Shown: piece by piece, positions 1 to 13,036 of the stretch | Numbering within the stretch: the stretch's first letter is position 1 | How the letters are laid out: each line of letters starts with the position of its first letter | Origin: Perna viridis | Taxonomy: Eukaryota | DNA: 64,000 bases | Assembly: GCA_037379345.1 (NCBI GenBank) | Contig: CM074517.1 | Span: 47,166,577-47,230,576, forward strand | Reading direction: 5' to 3' | Notes under the pieces: generated by a model | Databases searched by the model: none | What the model was told of the DNA's origin: nothing | The model's input: only the letters and a program-made list of their open reading frames with translations | Position numbers and translations under genes: made by a program

Positions 1-1432
1 AACGATGTTTATTTCGGTCTACATATGGTATACTTTTATAAAGATGGTCCTACGTTTTTATTTTCGGTGACAAGTGCGGACACAGACTGGTATTGCCCGA
101 GGGGCAAGTATGGACGAAGAGTGGTATTGCCCGAAAAGCAAATTTGAACATACATACAATGTCTTGAAAGTATTGTAAATACATGCACATATGTGTACAA
201 TTTCGTAATAAAATTATCCCAGAAAAGGAGATAATTACAACCTCATTTCTATTTCTCCACTTATTATGCTAAGCTCAAATGTTGAAAATCAAATTTTACC
301 AATTGCAATCATGCCAATGGAGAAATAATACTGAGTGCGAATCTTGAGTTATACAAATACATGCACATCTATACAGAAACCTGAAAAATAGTCAACAGGT
401 GTGTAAAGTTAAGATTTTATTCGTCTTCATACATGTATTTATGTGTTTTGGTTTCAAAACCCAGTTAACCCTTTATGTACTTTTGTACATGTATAAAACA
501 TACTTGATTTAACAAATGTAGACTAGACGGACCCGTCATACTTGTACAGTTCATAAACTATTTACACACAATAACATGTACATTAAATCATAATGTGATG
601 GTTTTCTATAAATCGGAAATTAAACAGAAATGGTAATTAATCTCTAAGTATTATAAAAGATTTTATATGGTAATCATCTGAAAAAGAGTAATATTTACAT
701 GTATAATGTTAAGTATGAAGTTGACTAAAATTATATTTTTATATACATGAACAAATTTTACTTTATTGGCTTAAGTCATAACAAAAAAATATATGGTTAA
801 ATCAAAAATCAAATTAAAAGTCAGTACAAGCAGTCTGACATATACTATATATCAAAACTAAAAATCATTTGAGCTCCTCGGGAATGTACTTGCATTTACA
901 TTGTACTTATACGTGTACATAATGGGCAGCTAATTGGACTTCCCAACTTGACAGATTCCTCAATGCCGTGGGTTTTTGCAACAAAACGTCGAAAAGTTCA
1001 TATACATGATATACGCTTACGTGTATGTAACATAAACTCCTAAAAGATATGTAAAAGGAAGGTCCTATTTAACCTTGGACCCCAAGTTTTTCCTCCAGCA
1101 AAATGTGAAGAAATATAGACCATATTCAACTTGTGTTCTTAATAAAATGCAATTTAAATAATCTACCTTCCTCCTGGACCGTTTTATGCGCATTTTCCAT
1201 TGAAAAAATATTTAAGTTGAAAAAAAAATCGATTTCAGAACCGCTTTAGAAAAACCCAAATTCAAACCTCATATTATTTGTATATATATTGACTACTCCT
1301 ACAATGTAAGAGGTTGGAATTCCATTCTTCCAAACCCCAACCAAAGTCAAACAATAGCTTACCAGACAACCTCTAGCACTGCTGGAGTAATAAATAGACC
1401 ATCCGTTTAGGCCTAAAAAATGTTTCCGGTCA

Positions 1433-1508
1433 CCCTACCGACCCTCCTTCAGATCCCCTATCGACCTTCCTTCAGACCCCCTACCGACCTTCCTTCAGAC
1501 CCCCTACC
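1433..1508. repeat. 23-bp tandem repeat, ~3.3 copies
   Basis: Unit ccctaccgaccttccttcagacc. Confidence 0.85.
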
Positions 1509-3715
1509 CAAAAGTTTTATATGTGATTAAAAAAAAATTAAAAAGTCTGCCGATTGTCTTTCAGAAAGAAGGAACAAATAAAGCCAAAGATGTTCCTAGA
1601 TGGAAAAACAAAGAGAAATACTGGTTGTTTATATTTAGAATCGATTGTAAACACACAGGCCTTGAGTGTGCTCTTGGTCGTGGATAATCCCTTTTGAGAT
1701 TCGGCATTTGAGATTTTTTTTGTTTGAACCACCACCGTCAAAACAAAAAACAATATCAAGCGCCGAATCCCAAAAGGGATTAGGCCGTGGACGAAGTCTA
1801 TTACATGTTTAGTCTCTGCATATTTGGTTGTCATTGTATTCTGTGTTTGGTGTCACTGTGACTTCATTAGAATTGTGATCGGAACCATAACATTTTTTCG
1901 GCCTTGGAGAGTTCCCATCAATTGACTGGCATGCTCCAAATAGGTTGACTTACCCATCTGTCTTACATGCACTGGAAAGTGTTCAGCGTGCAGACCACAA
2001 ATTGGATCACTAGGTCACCGATCGACCTTAAATGACGTGATAATGCATTTAATGAATTTAATGAATGAACGTGGTCATATGACAACTAATTTTTCCGAAT
2101 ATACCATGACCCACATTCACGGGTATGACTTTGATCGGGTACTGTGTTAACGCTTCGATGCTTTACACCGTCCGTGAGAGACCCCAAATGGTAGCCAAGG
2201 GCGTTAAGAAACCCATCAGTCGGTCATGTACTACAAATGATTTGAGTGCAAACCGGGTCTAACAGTATTGAGTGTATATGTTTGCACGAAAACGAAAATT
2301 AAACCAACTATTGGAACAGTCAGCTGATGGCCAGCATCACTCATATTGTGCAAATAATTGGCTAACACTGTGTTACCAAAGATTTTGGGGGATTTTGGTG
2401 GTTTATATCCTCAAAGACATTCGAATTATCTCCAAGCAGCAGCGATGTGCTAGCTTTATAATGCACGAAATGAAGGGTGTAACGGATGTACGGAAAGCGT
2501 TATCTTTTTCAACTTAATTGTTAAAGTGTTATTTAACCATACATTAATCTCCCACTTAAATCGGCCAGATCAAACCAAATTCAGAAGTATAACTCTTCCA
2601 TACACAATTTATGTAAGTGCAACTAGTTACAGCCGAATTACAAACTAAAGATTGGTTTTGTGGTCTGAATAAGAAATAAAAGTGAAATTGCCGGGTTTTT
2701 GAGATGCATGAATTTCCTCTGCCAAATTCTTTTAGGACTGCTACTAAAGTATATGCTTACCCAAGAATCATGCAAAGGCTGATAAATCTATTGGTGTAAA
2801 TGCATTCAGTATGTTTGTGATTTGCGAAACAATGAAATTAAGGCACGTGTCTTTATTTTCTACATGAGGAAAAGGGATTAAAAAGTTTTCAGTAGGAGCC
2901 AGACTCAAATCTGAGGAACATATTTTTACATGAAGTGGTAAAATCTCGAGTAAACCAGAAAATGAAAACAGCGGCTCTGTTGTTGACTGGGTACAAGAAT
3001 TTCGAAACGAAAAAAGGGGGTTGAACTACATTGTATGGCTAGCCAAACCTCCTACTTCCATTGTGGCCATTAAATTTCCGGTGTAAGTTTTAGTTGAAGA
3101 GAATTTGAAAAAAAATGATAAAATGCAGTGTTTAACTTTCCCACTTTCCCAGTCTAGAGGTACAAATCATTTTACCTTTTTAGGTTAAGCCTGGGACTTT
3201 TTGAACGATCACAGTTACTGAGGAAGTCATAATTATTTCATTTAAATTGTTTTGTTCTTAAAACTGTTCTTTTATGCAGTAAACCTCCTTTCCATGGAAT
3301 ATTGGGAGATTGGGAACGGGGGAATGAGTAGATATGAAATGGAGATGCGTAATCTTTTAGATTAAGTTGCATAATTTGAAAAACACTACACAGCTAAGTA
3401 ACCAATTTAACATCTAACATCGCATGCAAAGCTAATGGTATACGTCAAGCCATCTGGAAAAGTTATCAGGCCCACAGAAATGGACCGGGGAAGTGAATTT
3501 AGATAGAAATTAGCATTTAAATTGATCTTAAATTAAAATATGCACTTCATAAACAAATAAAAAGTATATAAATTATTTAAAGTATCTTGATCCGGTTATT
3601 TTATTTTGAATGGACAACCATATACCTATCCTAACACGCCCCTTTCAGCTATTGTCCTTTTTATACAATGACTTAAGGATCGTAAGAAAAATATTTATGT
3701 GCGATGCTCGGTTGT

Positions 3716-3797
3716 AAGAGTAATTAAGGGAACCAAGATTATAGCGGTAATCAAAAGAATGTAATCCAGGGACAAAGATCAGACATGGAAAACAGAC
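3716..3797 (-). mobile_element. Short 3' tail fragment of Penelope-like family 1
   Basis: Reverse complement of the terminal ~80 bp of the 9456-9982 copy. Confidence 0.8.
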
Positions 3798-3939
3798 GTA
3801 CAGACAGGCATGTACGCTGTGCCTTACTCATATTATGGAGTAGGCATTGCCTATAAGCGAGCACGTTGTTTCCTTTTGATAAATATTATGTTTCACTGTA
3901 AATGGCAAACAGTTGCAGGTACATGCGCAAGCAGTACAC

Positions 3940-4200
3940 GATTGAGCGGCGTTTTACTGAATGGAATGACATCATCATGGTTTCCAGTTAATCAAGGTGT
4001 ACGATAAGGTGGTGTATTATCTACCTTTTTATACAACTATATCTTGACGAACTACTGAATCGGCTTGAAGCGTCTAGCCACGGTCTAATAATCAAAGGCA
4101 TTAATTGTGGTAATCCGACGTTTGCAGATGACTTTGCATTATTGGCTCTTAGACCTATGGCTTTTCAGAATCTGATTGACATTTGCTATAACTATTCCAT
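3940..4200 (+). mobile_element. Decayed non-LTR (LINE) reverse transcriptase fragment
   Basis: VLLNGMTSSWFPVNQGVR*GGVLSTFLY / YLDELLNRLEASSHGLIIKGINCGNPTFADDFALLA: GVRQG and FADD motifs, with a stop and a frameshift. Confidence 0.8.
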
Positions 4201-4234
4201 AACTATTATGGTTATTTCAATTAAACTGTCATGG

Positions 4235-4492
4235 CCTGTGCAGGTCCGAGTGTCAAAAGAATAGGCCTGCAGCAGCGCTAAGCTTGTCGTAACACGGTGC
4301 ACCACTATGGTTTGCGGTCAGGTTTTCCGTATTATAGCCTGACAACCCCAGCATGTAACATGCCAGGGGTACCCCATTCCACCACCTGGGGCACACAACC
4401 CCGGCTAGGTTTCTGAGCACTATTTAGTCGCCTTTTACGACATGCTTAGCGCTGCTGCAGGCCTATTCTTTTGACACTCGGACCTGCACAGG
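4235..4492. repeat. Fold-back element with 58-bp inverted arms
   Basis: 4235-4292 and 4435-4492 are reverse complements with one mismatch; a diverged copy of the right part lies at ~5718-5800. Confidence 0.85.
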
Positions 4493-4919
4493 GGATGAAT
4501 AATGGGAACTGTGTGACTAATGTAAATTAGCAAATCCGATTAGGTAAAAAAATCTCGATTTCAAAATTTACGTTGAATTTCCAATTAATATAGAGCTCGT
4601 CGTGATCATCATCCCACAATCAATCGATCGTTGTTCATGTTCCAATTTTCGTCGATCACGGTCCAGTCACTCATCGTTTAAAAATTATCATTGTTAATTT
4701 GTATATTTTTTTTTTTACATTTTGTCATAGACCTGTAATTCAATTAAATTATTTAATTATAAAATTAAAGGTCTATGTTTCTGTTCTTAGTGTAAAAACG
4801 GTAACCGATAACTTTCAGATGTTTGGTAGTTCTCGCGAAGTTCAGGATTGACAAAATACTTTTTGAGTAAAAGCTACTTTTAAATAACACAAGGGTCACC
4901 AATCATTCTATAAAATGTT

Positions 4920-5430
4920 AAAATGGACAATTTTAGCATTAAATGGGTGACTGATACCCAAATATTTCGGTCATAATTCTTCAAAATACCAATTTTAGCA
5001 ACGAATATGAGAGTGAGCACTTCCAATTTACCTAAATATGTCCACTATTAGATTCCAAAAGGGTCTAATCTTAATGACTTATATAATTAATTTGTCAATA
5101 TAACTATCACATAGTGCTGCGACATATTAATTTGAGTAAACATTCTTTAAAAATGTCATATTCTTGCAAAATGTTTGAATGGGAGCACTTTTAATTTCAC
5201 AATTAATTTCAATGAGGGTCTAAAATTAAGGCTAAAATGCTAATTTTTCCATATAACTATCATATGGGTAACTGTGAGACATATGTTTCAGTCAAAATTC
5301 TTCAAAAATGTCATATTCCTGCAAATGTTCGCACACTTTTAATTTCGATGAAGGTCTCAAATTAATGAATAATATGCAAAATGTTTCAATATAACTATCA
5401 TGTGGGTGGCTGAGACACATTTATTTGAGC
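4920..5430. repeat. Degenerate ~150-165-bp tandem repeat (3-4 units)
   Basis: Recurring attctt(c/t)aaaa..., gagcactt..aattt, agggtctaa and atataactatca motifs. Confidence 0.6.
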
Positions 5431-5437
5431 CTGCACT

Positions 5438-5471
5438 AAGTCTAGCGCCCTAGACCACTCGGCCAGCTAGG
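5438..5471 (-). mobile_element. tRNA-derived SINE head remnant (A-box)
   Basis: Minus strand ctagctggccgagtggtctagggcgctagactt resembles a tRNA 5' half with the A-box TGGCCGAGTGG; no B-box or 3' half is present. Confidence 0.4.
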
Positions 5472-5809
5472 CTATATAAAAAATATAGCTTTCGCTGGCA
5501 GGGTCATTGCTCCTCATAGGATTAATCTAGGGCTGTAACTTAGTACACCATTTATGGTAGTACGGGACAGTTCATATAGGTGTTATTATGTAGGATAGAG
5601 GATCAAATTAATGATGCATGTCACAACAAATCAATATTATACAACGTCTCAGAATGTGACGACTCTATTCGCTACACTGCGCCATCGGATCAAATTGATC
5701 CGACATATTAACAGTTGTTCTGAGCACTATTTAGTGGCCTTCTACGACAAGCTTAGCGCTGCTACAGGCCTATTCTTTCGACACCCTGACCTGCACGGGG
5801 CGACGAATC

Positions 5810-7172
5810 CTTTAAAAAAACGGCAAAGTAATATTGTTCAGCATCATGAGATGGACCTATGCCGAAATTTTCAAAACGATTCGTCCACTGATGTAGGAGT
5901 TACGGCTCCTGAAACAGTTTTTTTTTTGGCATTGAGAGAATTCAATGAAAGTTGGCTTATTGTTGCTTATTGTTTCCCACACAAAATGACCATTGGGATT
6001 TTGATTTACTAAAAATTGAACATAGGGATCAGGAGGCAGTTTTTTTGCAATTAACTGAAGAACTATTATCTTTAGCAAAATTCCGGCAGGGTTATATTAT
6101 TAAACGTAATGGGATGGACTTGTACTGAAATGTTCAAAACATTTTGTCAACTCATGTAAGAGTTGTATCTCCTGAAGCATTTTTTTTTCACATGTACGCT
6201 TCTGAAAATCTTCTTTTCTAATATTATTTAAGATCATTCAATGAAAATAAGCACATTTGTTCTTTAGGGTGTGTGCTCAAAATGACTTATGTGATTTTTA
6301 ATCTGTGAATAGATACAGCTGCCATTACGTAAAATGGAATATAGGGGTTGGAAGATTTTTTTTTGCAAATAATTCAAAACCTGTTGTCATTAGCAAATTT
6401 ATATTGTTCAGCCTCATGAGACGAAGTTATGCTATAATTAGCTAAAGAGTTAATAGGCTGAAATAGGATTTATTGCCCTTGAAAGCATATTTTTATCACT
6501 TATACAACTTTAAAGATCTTCTTTGAAGCTATTGATGAGATACACTACATATATGCAAACTTGTTCATTAGTATCATGTACAAAATGACTTTTGGGATTT
6601 TTGATTTGTGTAAAAGCATCGCTGCTGCTTATAAAAATATAACAAAGTCATTGGTTGGCAATATTTTGCTATTTACTAAAAAAACTGTTGGCTTTAGTAT
6701 AATTCTGGGTTATTAATGTATTGTTGTTCAGAATTATGAGTTGGACATTCAAAATGTATTAGGAATTTGACAACCAATATAAGAGTTATGTCTTGAAACT
6801 TTTTTTGTTGTCTTGTTTTTTTTTTACATTCTAAAATGTTTGTGTCTGAAACCATTTAATATCATTTAATGAAAATAAGCACATTGGTTCTTAAGTATAT
6901 TGTGCTATGACATCTGATTTTTAATTCGTGAATAGATATGGCTGCCTCTACTAAAAACTGAACAAAGTGGTCGGAAGACATTTTTTTGAAAATAATTCAA
7001 AAACTGTTGCCTTTAGCAAAATTCTGGTACAGGTCATAAAAATACCATTAAAAGCATTTACTACATTTGACAATTAAGTCAATTTTAACTTAGCCTTCCT
7101 CATTCCTCAAGTTTTTGGAATAAGCAAATGGTTAACCAGATGAGCGATTCAGGCTCTCTTGAGCCTCTAGTT
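5810..7172 (+). mobile_element. Helentron/HINE-like non-autonomous element (degenerate internal repeats + 3' end)
   Basis: Recurring degenerate blocks (aaaactgttg..tttagca, gggattttttgattt, attgttcagc.tcatgag) and a 3' end cagatgagcgattc-aggctc-tctt-gagcct-ctagttt with a palindrome, resembling bivalve pearl/HINE elements (from recall). The 5' boundary is approximate. Confidence 0.6.
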
Positions 7173-7368
7173 TGGTCTGTATCTTCATTCGATGAAGTTT
7201 CAGATTTTTTAATCTAAAGAAGACATGTTTTTGCAAAAAATAACATATGTTTACTTAATTCCCTTATACCACCTCCACGAAAGATGACCAAAAAAAATTG
7301 TAAAATAGGTTTATTATAGGTTAAGTTTTTTTGATAACTTTATTTTTCATATTTTTGTTTATATTTTA

Positions 7369-7810
7369 CAATTGATTCGCTACGCTAGAGCAAGTACTGA
7401 ATACTCTGATTTCCTTGAACGCCATAAATATCTGCGTAACAGACTCTTGAATCAGGCTTATGAGAAAATGCGTCTTTGAAGGTCTCTTACCAAATTCTTT
7501 TTGAGATATCAGTCCTTGGTAGACATAATGCTCAGTTTGTTCTAAAACAATGAGTAATGATTGTTTTTTTTGTAATTTTCTCTTGTGTGTTGATGTGACA
7601 GCTGGTCTACTGATTATGACGCAATACCTTGCAAATGCTTTTTAATTATTTTGTTCGAAGTGCCTGTACCAAGTCAGGGCCATTGCGGTACCAGCTGCTC
7701 CGGTGGTGTAATATCTATTTTGCCAGGTTTATTTTTTTTACTTAACTTGATTATGAATCGAATTAAGTGTTCGATGTTGTTATCCTTTTTTCTGTATTAG
7801 CTGTAATTGT
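7369..7810 (+). mobile_element. Decayed 3' fragment of a second Penelope-like family
   Basis: Translates as QLIRYARASTEYSDFLERHKYLRNRLLNQAYEKMRL*RSLTKFFLRYQSLVD, homologous to the C-terminus of the family 1 RT. The 3' boundary is approximate. Confidence 0.75.
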
Positions 7811-7935
7811 GGGAAAATCTTTTAATACTCTTTAAGGTCCAAATTAGCTCAATGAACGGTAAAGAAGATATAACATATTCTTATATCAAGACGCGTCCGA
7901 TATAGATTATTTGACTTGCATATGTATCATTATAG

Positions 7936-8783
7936 CACAAGAAACGGCTTGTGAGAAAGAGAGAAGAGAAGCCATAAAACCGCACCAGGATTGGACAAAG
8001 AATTCCTGTATATGATAGCGACGGGAATTATGCTCCTCAACAATGTTCTGGATCTCAGTACGTAATCAATACACTGAAAATACTTCTGTCGGCTTATCAG
8101 ATATTCGCAGATTTTGTCAAATGAATATATAGTGTTTATTTTCAATGATAATGTGTTAAACTTGTCCAGTTTGGATTATTATTTTAAGGTGATGATCACA
8201 ATTTTAAGAATGGTTCCTTGTTTGGGAATCAAATTTAATGAAACACAAAAACAAATTTCTATAAAATGAAGCTTAAAAATAGAACAGTGCTCGTTTACAA
8301 AAGAAAAACAAATACATACAAACAAACAAAAAACGACAGACAAACAAACAATGAGAAGTAGATTTAACGAAAACAGTTTTATGTGACCGTCCTACTAAGG
8401 ATAAGTTTATTGGTCCTATACCGAAGGTAAACAATTTAGTCTTAAACTATAAAGTTTTAAGTTCTGTATAAGAATCAGGCCATGGGATGCACATCATATT
8501 TTTCACCTAAAAACAAATTAAACAAGCGTGATTCTGAAGAAACTATATTTCTGTTCCTACTTATTTTAGGGAATAACTTTTATAAACTTATAATAAATTT
8601 ACAAACATACAAATACGAGAGTGTGTCAAAAGTTTTTGAATGAAGAAAGAGAATAGAAAATTTATTGTATGAAGAAATCTGTTATTTATTCCTTTCCGTA
8701 TTTCAGATGTTACTGTGTTATGAAAGATGGCACCACGATAAACATTTTTGTTTCCATATCGGAGTCTAGCAAGCAGAACTGTA
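7936..8783 (+). pseudogene. Tg1-domain pseudogene A (partial duplicate of paralog B; exons 2 and 3 only)
   Basis: Exon-2 homolog 7936-8057 has a +1 frameshift (gccataaaaccgcaccagg vs B gccaaaagcagctccagg) and a Cys->Tyr change (tgt->tat). Exon-3 homolog 8707-8783 (CYCVMKDGTTINIFVSISESSKQNC) is intact. I found no exon 1 or exon 4 homolog. Confidence 0.85.
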
Positions 8784-9455
8784 GTAAGTTTTTCCATGTC
8801 ATTAAATGAAGAATAATTGTCAAAATGTTGTCAACAGTGATACAATGTGAATATGTTTCAATAACTCGTAATATATCAATGATATTATTCATCACCTTTA
8901 TTTTTTAGAAACAAAATACTATTCAACGACAGAATAATAGTTATGGAAGCCAAGAGGAGACATAGCAAAAAGTTATTTATGTCGTGTCTCCATACATATA
9001 GCGTTATCGCGATGGGCATCGTCCTTTTGCGCCAAATGGATAATTATCGTAGTAAAATTGCACCAAAAATTTGTTTTACGTGTAGTTCTTTTCCGCCACA
9101 AAACAGACTAACTTTCTGCGCCAAATACAAATAAGGAAATGAAATATCAAAAAGGTAAAAATCTGAAATAAAACGATAAAGCCAACAAAAACAATTAAAA
9201 AATGATTATGTTTAGGCAACAATTTCAATACCAACGCCAATAATTTAATCAATATTTAACAATTTTATAGACCACTATCTCCCCTTTTTTATATAAAAAT
9301 AAGACGTTTCATACATGTACATTTTTTTGATTTTTTGTTGTTGATACTTGCTGTCTTATCTTTTTAAACAAGACAATAAAAGTGTCCTCCGTCAAAATAC
9401 TGACTACGTAAACACTTCGTACGTCACAAACATTGCTATTTCACATCACTTCAGC

Positions 9456-9982
9456 ACATCCCTTCAGCATCTGCGTATGGAGTGTTCATATCACAAGTCA
9501 TACGTTATGCCAGAGCTTGTCGGAAATACGCAGACTATGTATCGCGCTAGAACTCTAACAAATAGGGTTCTGGAACAGGGTTATGTTGCTACAAGATTGA
9601 AGTCATTACTACAGAAGTTTTATGGTCGTCATCATGAACTCGTGGATCGTTATGGTGTATCCATCTGCACCATGAAAACTGATTTATTCAACGGGTCATA
9701 GTTTTCCTTTCCTTGTTTGCCTACCCCGGACATGACTTTTTATGAGCAACTCGGCGGGTGTTTCTAGAAAAGCAGAGGACGCTTACCCTACCGGTGCACC
9801 TGGTCCATGCTCCCAGTTTTTAGTGGAGTCCGAGTTGCTCATTTGCTTTTGTTACTTTGTATGTATGATTTTAGTTACTTTATGTTCTTTGTTGTGTATG
9901 TCTGTTTTCCGTGTATGGTCTTTGTCACTGGATTACATTCTTTTGATTACTGCTATAACCTTGGTTCCCTTGATTACTCTTT
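9456..9982 (+). mobile_element. 3' fragment of Penelope-like family 1
   Basis: Near-identical to 32733-33214 (..RARTLTNRVLEQGYVATRLKSLLQKFYGRHHELVDRYGVSICTMKTDLFNGS* plus tail). Confidence 0.9.
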
Positions 9983-12900
9983 AGTTCTTCAGTTGTACAA
10001 ATAGAATGTTACAGACTTGTAAGATTTCAAACTAGATAGTAATTTGAACGCATCATTACTTTATTTATTTGCACTTCAATCACAAACGTTTCTTAATACA
10101 ATACATCGTCATTTCTGCGTTTTAATGTATGCATAGTCAGTCTACCTTTCTCTACATGTATCAGAAACTGAAATGAATGTCCATATTGGTTTTCAATACA
10201 TTTCGGGTCGAGAGGAAGCAAAGCTCGACGTTGCTCTTGTTATGTCAGAATTTGTTCTAAAGGGGAGATGCTTTTTAAATGCAAAGAAAAGAGAAGCATA
10301 AACTATTTTTATTGTCTTGAGCCACTGGCCCGGAGTCTTCTATTTTCCCCTTTTAATACTCGGTACTTTGACTGTTTTAAGGACTACTCGGTACTTCGGG
10401 CATTGAGTACCATACCCTGAATCTTAAAAAAATAGTACTAGGTACTCCAAATATTTCATATTCGGTACTCAACGCTTATATCAAGCAGTACTCGGTACTG
10501 TTAATTTAAAAAGTTACAAATGTGTTTGATGATTCGTTCAATATTCCTCTGAAGTTTGATTTTTTTCAACAATATTTTGAAACAACTACCAACAACAATG
10601 TCAATGTCAAAAAATGTACACTGAGATACAAAATTAAGAGATGAAACTAACCCTGAAGCTAAAACACTGTACGGGTGCTTACTGATTTACAAAAGCAAGG
10701 ATATGGAACCAACCATGAAAAGTTCATGGAAATAAATACTAGTAATACATGACAAAATATTTCTAGTAAATAAGACACTCCCTTTAAGTGTATGCACATC
10801 CCAAAAAACTGATAAGAAATGCCAATTTAGTATTAAGTTTCTTATAAAAGGCCATATTTAAGGTATATTCCCTCTCCCCTTGCACTCGCAATATTTGAAT
10901 TTTTGCAATTAGTGACGGGTTTGAAATTTCAATTTTGTTTTGGTTTTGTTTTATTCGTTCAAATGGGCTCAATAAAAGTTGAATGAATTATTATTGAAAC
11001 AAATCACAGGGAAATAAATGAATGAGAATTAAACATTTTGTTGTGTTCACGTGGACCCCCACCCGGAACTTTTGATATGTTCAACATTTTATGAAACCCT
11101 TCACCAACAGAAACACAATGTAACACCCACTAGATAATCATAGAGCTCTGTGAAATAATCGCTTGATCAAATAACCATCTTGTTTCTTTAAACCAAGACC
11201 TAAAATTCGACTTTCCTTTGTCCGTACCGCCTCGATTGTTTTTGTATCCCCGGTATCATCGTATCCATATCCCCGAATGCCTGCCTGTAAACGGTGCCGA
11301 AACTGGAATATGCATGCTCCATTTGGGATCCTCACCCGCTGACCGCTGCCAGAACCTAGAGATGGCCGAGCAGCTGGATACATGTATGTCTACAACCAGT
11401 ATCAAACTTCCAGCAGGTGAAACTGTCATGATGCAATCACTACACTGGCTACACTTCAACATCGAAGAGTAAAAACCCGGATCATTATGTTTTATAAAAT
11501 CAGTAAGTAAGTAGCAGTTCCAATCACAGTTTTATTTCCTCCAGACCGTAGAACACGACAAGCTCAACCACACTCATACAGACACATTTGTTGGCTTCAG
11601 AAGATTGTTACAAATACTCATTTTCCCCTAGAACCATACTACAGTGGAATTTATTATATGTAAACATCAACAGCTAAATTAAGTTGGAACTTTTAAAGAA
11701 CAGCTGACTCCAGCTGTTCTTTGGACAATAAAATCATGTAGAAATTTAAACTAAATCCAGTAAAACTCTAAATATTTTTAATAACATGATTTTTTGTTTT
11801 TCATCACTATTTTTGGCGTTTGACTGGATAATTTTTACTACGCATGCGAAGCAGTTAGTTATCATCGAATATGTGATAATTGGATACCAGAAGATGGGGA
11901 CATCGATAACAAGCTAACAAAGGTTTTTTAAATAAATTATATCCACTTTTATATTTGAATAAAACGGACATTAACATGTTTTAAACAAAAAGGTTCTGCC
12001 CAAATGTTATTTTTTATCTCCCCATTGGTGAACAGGGAGATCAAATTGATTGCATGCCTAGTGAAGTGTCTAGTCGTAGAATAAAATTGTATGTAAGTTA
12101 TATAAAATTGACTGAATCTACTGTTTTTTAAAGCATTTTTTTCAAAAGTTCCCTATTTTGAAAATTCGTTTTTTTTTATACTTTATACCGTATATATCTT
12201 TATATAATGTTTTCTTCGCTGTTTTCAAAATTCAATAAACATGCTCTTTTTTAAAGAAATAAATTGGCATACATTACGATTGATGGGGTTGATATTTTGT
12301 TTGTTAATACCTTGTACAATGCAGTGTCTACTCATTTGTACACATGCCATGGCGATCGTCTTTGTTCATCATTTTGCGTTATAATTAATCATGATATATT
12401 AAATTTGCCTCATGTTGACAATACAGCCAAAAAAGGACAACAGTTGGTATACTGACCAAACTCCTGACCTATGACCTCTAGGTACAGCGGGTGTAAGGAC
12501 TAAACATAGAACAAATAACAATAAAAACGTTTACACACACGTACATGTAATCATTAACAATGTTACTTGTACATGTAAGTAGTAAATACATGTACCAAGA
12601 AAGGTCAACCGGCTGAAAATGTCACTAGTCTCAGCTATATTAATTTGTTGGGCACTCTAGTGGTAGATTTAATTGTGTATAAGTCAGGTGGAAACTGTTA
12701 GAAGAGATGTTTAACCGTGTAATACGAATATTGGATAGTTATAATAAAATGGAATAGTTCATAGATATTGTATTGTTTTCTTTTTTATGTGTTCGCATAT
12801 GGTAATATCATTGTATATTTTAGTGTGCAATGCACATAGTTTTATGGCATCAATGAAACACAACAAAATTCATTTGAAACTATGTACCAATATTCATTTC

Positions 12901-13036
12901 AGTTACCATGTGCACTTATTATATTTTTAAATGGTATTTTTGTGCCATTTTACAATATTTATTGTGTTTAAAGAAAATAAATAAATTGCTTTGCGATTTG
13001 GTGTGGGGTCAACCGACATTGAATTATAAGAAACAA

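Larger units (their letters stand above)
1..9020 (+). repeat. Segmental duplicate of ~15197-18730, interrupted by insertions
   Basis: Collinear matches: 1-50 to 15197-15248; ~1870-2356 to ~15590-16346; ~7171-9020 to ~16733-18730. Confidence 0.85.

Noticed and set aside
1538-1834. 98-aa minus-strand ORF
   Set aside because: No motif, homolog or exon context that I can recognise.
7477-7479. In-frame TGA in the PLE family 2 fragment as a possible selenocysteine codon
   Set aside because: The duplicate at ~16997 has CAG at this position and the position is not a Cys homolog; ordinary decay explains it.
11138-11472. Three overlapping ORFs in a GC-richer patch
   Set aside because: No recognisable domain or splice structure; probably a transposon remnant.
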